DNA from: Candidatus Levyibacteriota bacterium
Lineage (GTDB): Bacteria; Patescibacteriota; Microgenomatia; Levybacterales; UBA12049
Assembly: GCA_963722305.1 (NCBI GenBank)
Contig: CAVRKE010000001.1
Location: 12,312 to 76,311 of the forward strand
DNA: 64,000 bases
Direction: 5' to 3'
The position numbers and the translations under genes are program-made. Below are positions 29,294 through 38,612 of the stretch, piece by piece (the first letter of the stretch is position 1; the number at the start of each line of letters is the position of its first letter). The notes under the pieces are model-generated. The model was not told where the DNA came from. It searched no databases and saw only the letters and a list, made by a program, of their open reading frames with translations.

Positions 29294-30453
29294 AAGTGCA
29301 TAAAGTTATAAAGTTCATAAAGTCAAAATTATTCAAGAGAATTATTTTTGTAATTCTTTTGGCCGTAATTGTTTTTAACGTCGGTTCGACGGTCTGGAAA
29401 CTTAGGTCAACTTATTTTTCATCCAATTATAATGCAAGTTTTTTATCTCTTCAAAAAATTTATTATGATTCCATTTATAAAAACAAACACGGCGGTTTTG
29501 TTCCAGACGAAGTCCTATACTCGTATATTGGCGGGGCTTTAATGAAAGGTAAAAGCCCAATTTTTCTAAATCCTGAAGTTCCACCTTTGGGGACATATAT
29601 TATCGGCTTATCGACAGTTGTTTTTAATAATCAGTATATTGTAATTGTTTTATTTGCAGCCTTGTCATTGTATCTAATATATCTAGTGGGATTACAAATT
29701 TATTCATCGAGATTTCTTGCTTTGATTCCGCCTTTATTGTTTTCCTTTGAACCGATTTTTAAAAATCAATTGGTATACGCTCCTTTGTTAGATATTATCC
29801 AATTAACTTTCTTGCTTTCAATCTTCTATTTTTTCAACAAAGCATTGCACAGTAAGAATAATTTTCTACTTTATATTGTACTAGTAAACATATTTTTCGA
29901 TTGTTTCATTTCCACAAAATTTTTCGGCACAGGAATAACAGTTGCATTTGCTGTTTTATTTCCATTAGCTATTCACAAAGAATGGAGAAGGCTAATGACA
30001 ACTTTAATTACCATGCCAATTGCTGTGATTATACTTTATGCCAATTATCTAAAAGTTCTTATAGACGGTTATCCGTTAAACAAATTTTTGGGAATTCAAA
30101 AATGGATCTTAATTTACAATGAAGGCCATTTAATGAAACCGTTTAGTATTTGGCCTCTTTTGTTATTTAACAAATGGTATCAGTCGTTTGGTAAACAATC
30201 CGTATCCTCCGATCCGCAATGGTTAATTTCGTGGCCATTTATTACAATTATTTCCCTTATTACAATTGTGATTTCTTTTATAAAGAAAATATCTAAAAGA
30301 GAAGTAGAGATAATGTTTTTTTGGATAATTTCATACTTACTACTAATGAGTTTTGTAGATGCCAGTACTCGTTACTTTGTTATTCTTATTCCAATATTGT
30401 ATATGATTGCTTTATACGGGATAATAGAATTTGTAAAGGTGATAAAGAAATGA
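29266..30453 (+). CDS. ArnT/Pmt-like polytopic membrane protein (putative GT-C)
   Basis: 'FVPDEVLYSYIGGALMKGKSPIFLNPEVPPLGTYIIGLS' resembles the ArnT first-loop and 'EKPPL' region. About 10 TM helices. The start is uncertain: ATG 29266 overlaps galE, and GTG 29296 is an alternative. Confidence 0.5.
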   Translation: MAMAQKTKLKVHKVIKFIKSKLFKRIIFVILLAVIVFNVGSTVWKLRSTYFSSNYNASFLSLQKIYYDSIYKNKHGGFVPDEVLYSYIGGALMKGKSPIFLNPEVPPLGTYIIGLSTVVFNNQYIVIVLFAALSLYLIYLVGLQIYSSRFLALIPPLLFSFEPIFKNQLVYAPLLDIIQLTFLLSIFYFFNKALHSKNNFLLYIVLVNIFFDCFISTKFFGTGITVAFAVLFPLAIHKEWRRLMTTLITMPIAVIILYANYLKVLIDGYPLNKFLGIQKWILIYNEGHLMKPFSIWPLLLFNKWYQSFGKQSVSSDPQWLISWPFITIISLITIVISFIKKISKREVEIMFFWIISYLLLMSFVDASTRYFVILIPILYMIALYGIIEFVKVIKK

Positions 30454-31490
30454 AGATTGCGATTGATGTTTCACCGCTTAAGACAGGCCACAGAGTAAGA
30501 GGGGTTGGCTTTTACCTTGAGCATCTTAAAAATGCCTTAGTTAAATATTTTCCGGAGAATGAGTATGTTTTTTTCGAAAGCGGGGAAAAGCTGCCTATGG
30601 ATATTGACTTAATTCATTTCCCCTATTTTGAACCCTTCTTTCTGGCGCTGCCTTTATACAAAAAATTTAAAACCGTAGTCACAGTACACGATTTGACACC
30701 GATAGTTTTTCCCCAGGCCTTTCCACGAGGCATCAAAGGTGAATTAAAATGGCAGATGCAAAGATATGCCCTCCGGCAGGCGGACGCCATCATCACAGAT
30801 TCAGAGTCTTCAAAAAAGGACATTGTTAAATATGTCGGAGCCAATTCTAATAAGATAAACGTCGTCTATCTCGCAGCGGGAGAGCAGTTCCGAAGACTTA
30901 AGACTGAAGACTTAAGACTGAAGACAGAGTACCAACTTCCCGAAAAATTTGTTCTGTACGTCGGAGATGTTACCTGGAATAAAAATCTTCCCAGGTTAAT
31001 GGGAGCGGTTAAGGAGTTGAATATTACATTGGTCATGATTGGAAAAAGCTTGGCTCAGGTGGACTACGACCGAAATAATCCCTGGAATGCCGATTTAAAC
31101 AGGGTTAACGAGCTGGCAAAAGAAAATGAAAAAATTATCAGACTAGGCTTTGTTCCGACGGAGGACTTGGTAGGTATCTATAATTTGGCCAGTGTATTTG
31201 CTATGCCTTCTTTGTATGAGGGATTTGGATTGCCTGTTTTGGAGGCGATGGCCTGTGGTTGTCCCGTTATCACTGCCAAACAAGGTTCACTGTTGGAGGT
31301 CGCCGGTAGCGCCGCCTTTTACGTCGATGCCTATGACGTTACAAGTATTTCCTCCGGCATCCAAAAAGTATTGGGCGATGAAAAATTGCAACAGGAATTA
31401 AGAGAAAAAGGCTTGGAAAACGCAAAAAAATTTTCCTGGAAAAAGACGGCCGGAGACACAGTTAAAGTTTATGAGAGGGTTTTTGGGTAA
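30450..31490 (+). CDS. GT4 glycosyltransferase
   Basis: '[28 protein letters not shown]' (E-x7-E). The ATG at 30450 overlaps the upstream stop. It contains a 14-bp tandem duplication at 30892-30926. Confidence 0.8.
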   Translation: MKIAIDVSPLKTGHRVRGVGFYLEHLKNALVKYFPENEYVFFESGEKLPMDIDLIHFPYFEPFFLALPLYKKFKTVVTVHDLTPIVFPQAFPRGIKGELKWQMQRYALRQADAIITDSESSKKDIVKYVGANSNKINVVYLAAGEQFRRLKTEDLRLKTEYQLPEKFVLYVGDVTWNKNLPRLMGAVKELNITLVMIGKSLAQVDYDRNNPWNADLNRVNELAKENEKIIRLGFVPTEDLVGIYNLASVFAMPSLYEGFGLPVLEAMACGCPVITAKQGSLLEVAGSAAFYVDAYDVTSISSGIQKVLGDEKLQQELREKGLENAKKFSWKKTAGDTVKVYERVFG

Positions 31491-32759
31491 ATGAATTTTT
31501 TGAAAAGGTTAATCAGGCATGAACTGATTACCGGCAGTTTTTATATTTTTATCGGCTCAACGATAACCAATTTCTTGGCTTTCCTCCTAAATCTTTTTTT
31601 TGCCAGAAGCCTTTCTTATGCCGACTACGGAGTCTTTGCCAGTCTCGTATCGGTGGTTACACTTGCCTCTATTCCGGGAAGTTCCATCAATACAATTTTG
31701 GTGAGGTTCGCAACCGATTATTACAGTAAAGGGCAACTAGACCATCTAAAGAATTTTTACAAAAAGGCCTTTAAATATATTTTAGCTTTCTCTTTATTAA
31801 TACTTACAGCTTTTGTACTTTTATCTCCTTTCATGCAGGCGTTTCTCCATTTAGATAATTCTTGGTATGTGGTGTTTGTCGGAATTTGCGTTTTTATGGG
31901 TTACATCCAGATTTTGAATGCCGGATTTTTGCAGGGATTGTTAAAATTTGGTTTTCTGTCATTTGTCAACACAGTCGGAGCCCTAGTAAAACTAATTGTA
32001 GGTATAACACTCGTTTTTCTTGGCTTTCGGGTTTTTAGCGGACTGGGGGCGCTATTTTTTATGGCTTTAAGCTCGTTTATTCTCGGATTTCTTCCGCTTC
32101 GGTTTATTTTTTCCAAAAAGACGGAGAGTGATGTTCACATTCCAACCAGGCAAATACTAAACTATGCCTTGCCGGTATTTATTGTCATTTTGTTTATGAC
32201 ATCTTTTACGTCAACGGACATTATCTTGGTAAAACATTTCTTTAATCCACATCAGGCCGGATTTTACGCAGGACTTTCCCTTATCGGTAGGGTAATTTTT
32301 TATTTTACAATTCCGATTCCGGGCGTGATGTTTCCACTTCTGATTAGAAGACACAACCTCGGTAAGAATTTTAACAACCTTTTTTATCTGGCGCTTGGGT
32401 TAGTTTTAATACCGTCGTTGGCGATAACCGGATTTTATTTTCTTTTTCCAAAATTTGTCGTCAGTCTCTTTTTAGGAGGAAGGGATTACCTGGCTATTGT
32501 TCCATACGTTGGTTTTTTTGGCATAAACTTGACGATTTTTAGTTTGATAAACGTTTGTATAAATTTCTTTTTATCTTTAAATAAAACCGGAATAGCTCCG
32601 CTGGTGGTGGTAGCCGCTATAGCGCAAATTCTGCTCATTTATATTTTCCACGCAAATTTTTATCAAGTTATTACAGTCTCAATTTCAGTGTCATCGGTAC
32701 TTCTATTAGCTCTAATGGGTTACTACTTAAAACTATTTGTTCGTCCTCTTAAATCATAA
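31491..32759 (+). CDS. Wzx-like flippase (MOP superfamily polysaccharide biosynthesis protein)
   Basis: 422 aa, hydrophobic throughout with about 12 TM helices. N-terminal 'GSTITNFLAFLLNLFFARSL' is typical of flippase N-termini. Confidence 0.65.
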   Translation: MNFLKRLIRHELITGSFYIFIGSTITNFLAFLLNLFFARSLSYADYGVFASLVSVVTLASIPGSSINTILVRFATDYYSKGQLDHLKNFYKKAFKYILAFSLLILTAFVLLSPFMQAFLHLDNSWYVVFVGICVFMGYIQILNAGFLQGLLKFGFLSFVNTVGALVKLIVGITLVFLGFRVFSGLGALFFMALSSFILGFLPLRFIFSKKTESDVHIPTRQILNYALPVFIVILFMTSFTSTDIILVKHFFNPHQAGFYAGLSLIGRVIFYFTIPIPGVMFPLLIRRHNLGKNFNNLFYLALGLVLIPSLAITGFYFLFPKFVVSLFLGGRDYLAIVPYVGFFGINLTIFSLINVCINFFLSLNKTGIAPLVVVAAIAQILLIYIFHANFYQVITVSISVSSVLLLALMGYYLKLFVRPLKS

Positions 32760-32769
32760 ATCAGAGAGC

Positions 32770-32798
32770 TTAACTCCCATCTCAATCTGTGTTATACT
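32770..32798 (+). promoter_or_regulatory. Candidate promoter (TTAACT-17-TGtTATACT extended -10) upstream of the cupin gene
   Basis: TTAACT 32770-32775, a 17-nt spacer, and TATACT 32793-32798 preceded by TG. The ATG at 32805 is 7 nt downstream. Confidence 0.3.
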
Positions 32799-32804
32799 TT
32801 AGCT

Positions 32805-33248
32805 ATGGATTTTATTACTTTGGAGAATTATCAGACCGCAAAATTGATTAAAGACGTCGTTATTCATCCGTATAAAGTAAACCAAGACGCCTCCGGAGTA
32901 TTGGTTGAGACATTGAGAAGGGACTGGGCTGATATCTACAATAACGGCCGTGAATTTTTTATGCAGTACTATTCCGAGACTCCTTCGGGGTTGGCCAGAG
33001 ACGAGGATGTTTGGCATTATCATCCGACTGTCCAGGATGACCGATTTTCGGTGGTTAAGGGAGAAATTGTGGTAGCAATAGCGGATAACAGGCAGGATTC
33101 GGAAACAAAAGGACTGTTGAACCTTTTTTATATCAATGCTAGGAAAAACCCTTATCTTGTTTTAATTCCGCAGAAGAACCTTACACGGTTTTATGGTAGT
33201 CTCCAAAGAACCGGCAATTCTTATAAATTTTCCGACCGGCCTTTATAA
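32805..33248 (+). CDS. Cupin-fold protein, RmlC/FdtA-like sugar-nucleotide epimerase/isomerase superfamily
   Basis: 147 aa. 'DEDVWHYHPTVQDDRFSVVKGEIVV' (cupin HxH...E motif) and 'DASGVLVETLRR', similar to the RmlC-type GVLRGLH region. Confidence 0.4.
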   Translation: MDFITLENYQTAKLIKDVVIHPYKVNQDASGVLVETLRRDWADIYNNGREFFMQYYSETPSGLARDEDVWHYHPTVQDDRFSVVKGEIVVAIADNRQDSETKGLLNLFYINARKNPYLVLIPQKNLTRFYGSLQRTGNSYKFSDRPL

Positions 33249-33359
33249 TACGGCTGAAGAGGGAAGAGTTCCTTACGCTCAGGAAAATATAAAAACCGAT
33301 AACGGGGAAATTTTTAATTGGGATTTGGTCAGAAAAGAATTCCCGAATTTATCTTCTCG

Positions 33360-34118
33360 ATGATGGGAAAAATAAAATCACTATCTCTTGTTGTACCTGC
33401 CTATAAGCAAGAAAGAACAATTGTAAAAGACCTACAGAACTTGGATAAAGTTTTATCTTCGTTGCCTTATAAACATGAAATAGTGGTGGTGGCGGACGGG
33501 TTTCTTGACAAAACTTACGGAAAAGTTTTATCTCTTAAATCAGAAATCAGAAATCTTAAGGCATATGGTTATAAGGAGAATATAGGAAAAGGTTCGGCGA
33601 TTAAATTTGGAGTGGAAAAAGCAAGCGGAGACGTGATTGGATTTATTGACGCGGGAATGGATATCGACCCATCGGAAATATCCCTAATGCTTGATTTAAT
33701 GGACTGGAATAAGGCGGATATAATTTTGGCCAGCAAGCTTCACCCGGAATCAAAAGTAAATTATCCTTTTTGGAGAAAAGTTCTTTCCTGGGGATACCGG
33801 ATGTTGGCACATGCTTTATTTGGTTTTAATGTTAAGGATACCCAGGTTGGATTTAAAATTTTCCGCAAAAAAGTCGCCAAAGAAGTATTCGCAAGAATTA
33901 TCGTCAAGCGGTTTGCTTTTGACATAGAAGTTTTAACTGTGGCATATAAATTAGGGTACCGGCGGATTTTTGAAGCGCCGGTAAAATTGGATTTTCGGCA
34001 GGCAAGCAGTATTACCTCTACAAATTTTTGGAGAACAATTTTTTGGATGCTGTGGGACACGGCAGCTGTTTTCTATCGTTTGAAAATCTTACATTTTTAT
34101 GATAAGCAAAAGAAATGA
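33360..34118 (+). CDS. GT2 glycosyltransferase (DPM1/DPG-synthase-like)
   Basis: 'LSLVVPAYKQERTI', 'EIVVVADGFLDKT' and 'IGFIDAGMDIDP'. ATG at 33360, with TTG alternatives upstream. It contains (AAATCAG)x2. Confidence 0.7.
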   Translation: MMGKIKSLSLVVPAYKQERTIVKDLQNLDKVLSSLPYKHEIVVVADGFLDKTYGKVLSLKSEIRNLKAYGYKENIGKGSAIKFGVEKASGDVIGFIDAGMDIDPSEISLMLDLMDWNKADIILASKLHPESKVNYPFWRKVLSWGYRMLAHALFGFNVKDTQVGFKIFRKKVAKEVFARIIVKRFAFDIEVLTVAYKLGYRRIFEAPVKLDFRQASSITSTNFWRTIFWMLWDTAAVFYRLKILHFYDKQKK

Positions 34119-35213
34119 ATATTTTAATTCTTAATTGGCGTGACCCCAAAAACCCAAAAAGTGGAGGAGCGGAGATTGTAACATTGGAGCATGCCAGAGC
34201 GTGGGCCAAAGGCGGACACGTAGTGACGTGGTTTACATCGAGATTCAAAAATGCCAAGAAGCAGGAGAATATCGAAGATGGTGTAACCATTGTGCGACGT
34301 GGTAATTTCATCACCGTTTATTTGCTGGCCCCGCTATTTTATTTATTTTCCAAACAAAAATTCGACTTGGTAGTTGATGAAATCCACGGTCTTCCATTCT
34401 TCACGCCGCTTTTTGTCAGAGTTCCTAAAATCGCTTTTATTCATGAAGTGGCCGGAGAGATTTGGGATTACATGTTTCCTTTTCCGGTTAACAAAATTGG
34501 CAAAATTGCAGAGCCTTTATATTTTAGGCTTTACAGAAATGTCAGATTTTGGACCGACGCCAACTCTACTGTTGACGATCTGGTGAATAAAGGGATAAAA
34601 AGAAAGAATTGCGTCGCGATTAATTGCCCAATCAGCCATCCGTCTTTGAATATGCTTCCCAGAAAAGAGAAAACCCCGACTTTTATTTTTGTTTCCAGAG
34701 TGGTCAAAATGAAAGGCATTGAGGAAGTCATCAGGGCCTTTTTCTATATTTTAAGAGAGCTGAAAGACGCCAAGCTTTGGATAGTGGGAGACGGAGACCG
34801 AAGGATATATCCAAGACTTAAGAGAAACGATAAGTACTTACGCCATTAGTTCTAAGGTCAAATTCTTCGGCCGGGTTTCGGAAAAAGAAAAATTTGCATT
34901 ATTAAAAAGAGCCAATCTGCTGCTGCATGGTTCGGTGAAAGAAGGCTGGGGATTGGTGATAATCGAAGCGGCGAGCCAGGGGACTCCGTCGGTGGTTTAT
35001 AATGTGGCTGGTCTTCGCGATTCGGTCAAGAACGGAAAAACGGGAATTGTTTTGAAAGAGAATAATTGTAAAGAAATGGCCAGAGAGGCAATCAATCTTT
35101 ACCAAGACAAAAAAAGATATCAGCTTTTCCAAAAGAATGGGTTGGTTTGGGCGAAAAGCCTAAATTGGAACGACGCGACCAGAAAAAGTTTAGCCCTCAT
35201 TAATTCACTATGA
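34115..35213 (+). pseudogene. GT4 glycosyltransferase interrupted by a single frameshift near 34785-34846
   Basis: The N-domain ORF 34115-34849 ends '..KLWIVGDGD'. The C-domain continues in another frame from about 34785: '..ISSKVKFFGRVSEKEKFALLKRANLLLHGSVKEGWGLVIIEAASQGTPSV' (E-x7-E). The two halves are collinear with an intact GT4. Confidence 0.5.
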
Positions 35214-35899
35214 AAAACATCTTGAATCAGAAACCCAATAGTAAATTAACTGGGAGATTAAAGTTCTCAACGCTACTTGTCGAAGATAAGGATTTAAGAA
35301 ATAAGAGATTATTAGATATTGGCTGTGGGTTCGGATGGTTTGAGCTGAACGTATTAAAAAGAGGTGTAAAGCAGGTTGTAGGAGTAGAAATAAGTTCGGA
35401 GGATTTAAGAACTGCTAAAGATAATATTAAAGATAAGAAAGCAATTTTTAAGATTGGAGGCGCTTTAAAGTTGCCTTTCCAGGATAATTATTTTGATACG
35501 GTTGTTGCATGGGAAGTAATTGAGCATATACCAAAAAGTACGGAGAATAAAATGTTCAAAGAAATAAAAAGAGTGCTCAAAACAAAGGGAAAATTTTATC
35601 TATCTACGCCATACAATTCATTTTGGTCTACCGTGTTCGATCCCGCGTTTTGGTTAATTGGCCACAGGCATTATTCAAGCGAAAAATTGATAAAACTCGG
35701 AAAGGAAAACAATTTTAAAATTATATCCGTATATACGAAAGGTGGTTGGTGGAATCTGCTGGGTTTATTGAACATGTATTTTTCAAAATGGGTTTTGAGA
35801 AGACAGTTATTGTGGAAAACACTTTTTGAAAAAAAAGATAATGAAGAATATGCAAAAAGAGAAGGGTTTATGAATATTTTTGTAAAATATGAGAAATAA
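35210..35899 (+). CDS. Class I SAM-dependent methyltransferase
   Basis: 'LLDIGCGFGWF' and 'FDTVVAWEVIEHIPK'. Confidence 0.8.
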   Translation: MKNILNQKPNSKLTGRLKFSTLLVEDKDLRNKRLLDIGCGFGWFELNVLKRGVKQVVGVEISSEDLRTAKDNIKDKKAIFKIGGALKLPFQDNYFDTVVAWEVIEHIPKSTENKMFKEIKRVLKTKGKFYLSTPYNSFWSTVFDPAFWLIGHRHYSSEKLIKLGKENNFKIISVYTKGGWWNLLGLLNMYFSKWVLRRQLLWKTLFEKKDNEEYAKREGFMNIFVKYEK

Positions 35900-36713
35900 G
35901 ATTGTCGTATCAATTATAATTCCAACCTTTAATAGTGAAGCGCATATCGGCAGATGCTTAACTTCCATAAAAAAACAAACTTATAAAAATATTGAGGTTT
36001 TAGTCGTCGACCAGGATAGTAAGGATGCTACCGAGAAAATTGCTCATGATTTTGGAGCAAGAGTTATTAGAGTAAAAAAACCAAAATTTTATTCTCCTCC
36101 TTCCAAATCGAGAAATATTGGAGCGAAAGAAGCGAAAGGACAAATATTTTATCATCTTGACAGTGACATGCAGTTATCAAAAGGTTTAATTAAGGAAGCT
36201 GTAGAATTTTTTGATAAACAACAAAATATTGGAGCTCTCATAGTTCACGAAGAAGACTTGACTAATGGATTTACGAGTAAATGTAAGGCACTTGAGAGGA
36301 GATGTTATTGGGGAAATGATAATATTGAGTCGGCGAGAATAGTGAGAAGAACAATTTTCCAAAAAATTCATGGGTATGATGAAAATATAAGCTCAGGTGA
36401 AGATTTCGATATTCATAGAAGATACAAAAAATATTGCGATATTGGATTCTGTAAGAATGTTGTCTATCATGATTTAAGAAACCTAAGTTTTACAAAAACA
36501 CTGATGAAGAAATTTAATTATGGTAAAACAGCGAGTACTTATTTTAAAAAATCAGGACAAAGTGGCTCTTCAGTTCTAAAAGAGGAGCTATTTTGCTATC
36601 TAAAGAATTACAGGTTGTTGCTTAGGGAACCTATTGAGGCGGTGGGGATGATTGTTATGAAATTCACGGAAGTGTTCGTTGGAGAATTGGGAATAATAAG
36701 AAGTAGAGTATAA
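35889..36713 (+). CDS. GT2 glycosyltransferase
   Basis: 'VSIIIPTFNSEAHIGRCLTSIKKQTYKNIEVLVVDQDSKDAT' and 'HLDSDMQL'. Confidence 0.8.
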   Translation: MRNKIVVSIIIPTFNSEAHIGRCLTSIKKQTYKNIEVLVVDQDSKDATEKIAHDFGARVIRVKKPKFYSPPSKSRNIGAKEAKGQIFYHLDSDMQLSKGLIKEAVEFFDKQQNIGALIVHEEDLTNGFTSKCKALERRCYWGNDNIESARIVRRTIFQKIHGYDENISSGEDFDIHRRYKKYCDIGFCKNVVYHDLRNLSFTKTLMKKFNYGKTASTYFKKSGQSGSSVLKEELFCYLKNYRLLLREPIEAVGMIVMKFTEVFVGELGIIRSRV

Positions 36714-36717
36714 GCTT

Positions 36718-37812
36718 ATGAAAATTGGCGTTAATTCCAGAATTTTTCAAACCAGCAAAACAGGTATTCCATACTACGTGGAGCATTTATATAAAAATTT
36801 ATTAATACTGGATAAGGAAAACAAGTATATTTTTTTTCAGACAGAGAAGAAAAAAAAATTAGGGAAAACGGTCACTATTAATTTGCCAAACAATTCCCTG
36901 GGCGCATTCCTATTCGATAATTATTTTGTTGAAGGCATTATTCAAAAAGAAAAAATTACTGTTTTTCATGGGCCGGCAAATTTACTTCCTTTAAAAAAAA
37001 ATAGTGGCGTAAAATACGTTGTTACTATTCATGATTTATCCTTTTTAGCTTTAAAACAGAACAGTGGACTAATTTTTAGAACATATTATAAATATTTTGT
37101 AGGATGGTCCTTAAATCGCGCCGACATTATTGTGGCCGATTCGTTGAATACGAAAAAAGATATCGAACGTTTTTACAAGATACCGCCAGGGAAAATAAAG
37201 GTAGTATATCTTGGTGTTAATGATATATATTTTCATTCAAAGCCCAGAGAAAAGATTATTAAAGAAAAATATTATTTTTCTATCACGACTCACCAGAAGA
37301 GAAAAAATATAACAGGCGTATTAGATGCAATAGCGCTTACTCCAAGATTGCGGGAATACAAATATGTCATTGCTGGCCTAATCCCAGAGAATCAGTTAAA
37401 AGAATTAAAACAACAAATTGCAAAACTTAAGCTTCAAAATTGTGTTATTTTACTGGGATATGTAAGCGAACATCAGCTTGTAAGTTTGTATCAGAATGCG
37501 GAATTTTTCATATACCCCTCATTGTATGAAGGATTTGGTTTTCCTGTTTTGGAAGCTATGGCATCTGGATGCCCGGTGATTACTTCCAATAACAGTTCGC
37601 TCACAGAAATTACTCCAGACAAAAAATGGTTGATCAATCCGTTAAACGTTGATGACATGGCGAAAAAAATGAAGGAGATAATTAGTCTATCCGAAGAAGG
37701 CATAAAATCATTGAAGGAGCGTAATCGTGTTTTTGCGCAACAATTTACCTGGGATAAAACGGCCAAAGAAATGCTGGATGTTTTTAATTCATTGAAGCCA
37801 AAAAGTGTCTAG
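36718..37812 (+). CDS. GT4 glycosyltransferase
   Basis: 'EGFGFPVLEAMASGCPVITSNNSSLTEI'. Confidence 0.8.
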   Translation: MKIGVNSRIFQTSKTGIPYYVEHLYKNLLILDKENKYIFFQTEKKKKLGKTVTINLPNNSLGAFLFDNYFVEGIIQKEKITVFHGPANLLPLKKNSGVKYVVTIHDLSFLALKQNSGLIFRTYYKYFVGWSLNRADIIVADSLNTKKDIERFYKIPPGKIKVVYLGVNDIYFHSKPREKIIKEKYYFSITTHQKRKNITGVLDAIALTPRLREYKYVIAGLIPENQLKELKQQIAKLKLQNCVILLGYVSEHQLVSLYQNAEFFIYPSLYEGFGFPVLEAMASGCPVITSNNSSLTEITPDKKWLINPLNVDDMAKKMKEIISLSEEGIKSLKERNRVFAQQFTWDKTAKEMLDVFNSLKPKSV

Positions 37813-37847
37813 GCTAAGTTAAAACGTTAGAGTTTTATTTACAGGAT

Positions 37848-37876
37848 TTGTGAGATTTAGTAGTTACGTTTATAAT
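37848..37876 (+). promoter_or_regulatory. Candidate sigma70-like promoter (TTGTGA-17-TATAAT) in the 116-bp gap before the methyltransferase at 37929
   Basis: TTGTGA 37848-37853, a 17-nt spacer and TATAAT 37871-37876. Confidence 0.35.
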
Positions 37877-37928
37877 GCTAATAAGAAAAATCTATTTGAC
37901 TGTCGTTATTATCTAGAATTTTACTATT

Positions 37929-38603
37929 ATGTCAGACCGCTCTCATCAGCAATATAATAAAAATTATTTTAACGATACTACTGAAAAGGGGGACAGGGTT
38001 TTAAGCATATACAAGACATTCCTTGCAGAACAGGGAGTTAACCTTTCTGGAAAGAAAATTTGCGATATTGGCTGCGCCAGAGGGTCTTTTTTTGAAGGCC
38101 TTGTTGATAAAAATACTTGTTATGGTTACGATGCTTCTGAATTTGCTATTAATTCTTGCAAAAAAATTTTTGGACCAAACGCCTATTTTCATTGTTTGGA
38201 TTTAAACACGGAATCACTCCCTCCGGAGAAGAAATTTGACGTAATAACTTTATTTGATGTGATTGAACATTTGAATAATTTTACTAATCTTAAAAAAATT
38301 ATCAATAATAACCTTAAGCGTAGAGGTATTTTAGTTGTGACAACCCCCAATGCCAATAGCTTTATGAGATTTATTGCTGGTCATACAAAATATACAGGCG
38401 AATTAGACTCAACTCACCATATGCTTTTTACTCCTTATACATTAGATTTCTTCCTGAGAAAATGCTCTTTAGTAAAAAAATGCCTTGCGACACCGTATAT
38501 ATTTTATTTTAAAAATAATCCATTAACCCAAAAAATTTTGTTTGGCGGACAAATTTTTGCAATTTATAAAAACACTTCTGTAACCAAAAACCTGATAAAA
38601 TAA
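37929..38603 (+). CDS. Class I SAM-dependent methyltransferase
   Basis: 'ICDIGCARGSF' and 'FDVITLFDVIEHLNNF'. Confidence 0.8.
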   Translation: MSDRSHQQYNKNYFNDTTEKGDRVLSIYKTFLAEQGVNLSGKKICDIGCARGSFFEGLVDKNTCYGYDASEFAINSCKKIFGPNAYFHCLDLNTESLPPEKKFDVITLFDVIEHLNNFTNLKKIINNNLKRRGILVVTTPNANSFMRFIAGHTKYTGELDSTHHMLFTPYTLDFFLRKCSLVKKCLATPYIFYFKNNPLTQKILFGGQIFAIYKNTSVTKNLIK

Positions 38604-38612
38604 TTAAGCAAT

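Noticed and set aside
37896-37919. TTGACT ... TAGAAT promoter-like pair upstream of the methyltransferase at 37929
   Set aside because: The spacer is only 12 nt, too short for sigma70 geometry. The TTGTGA-17-TATAAT pair about 25 nt upstream is the better candidate.
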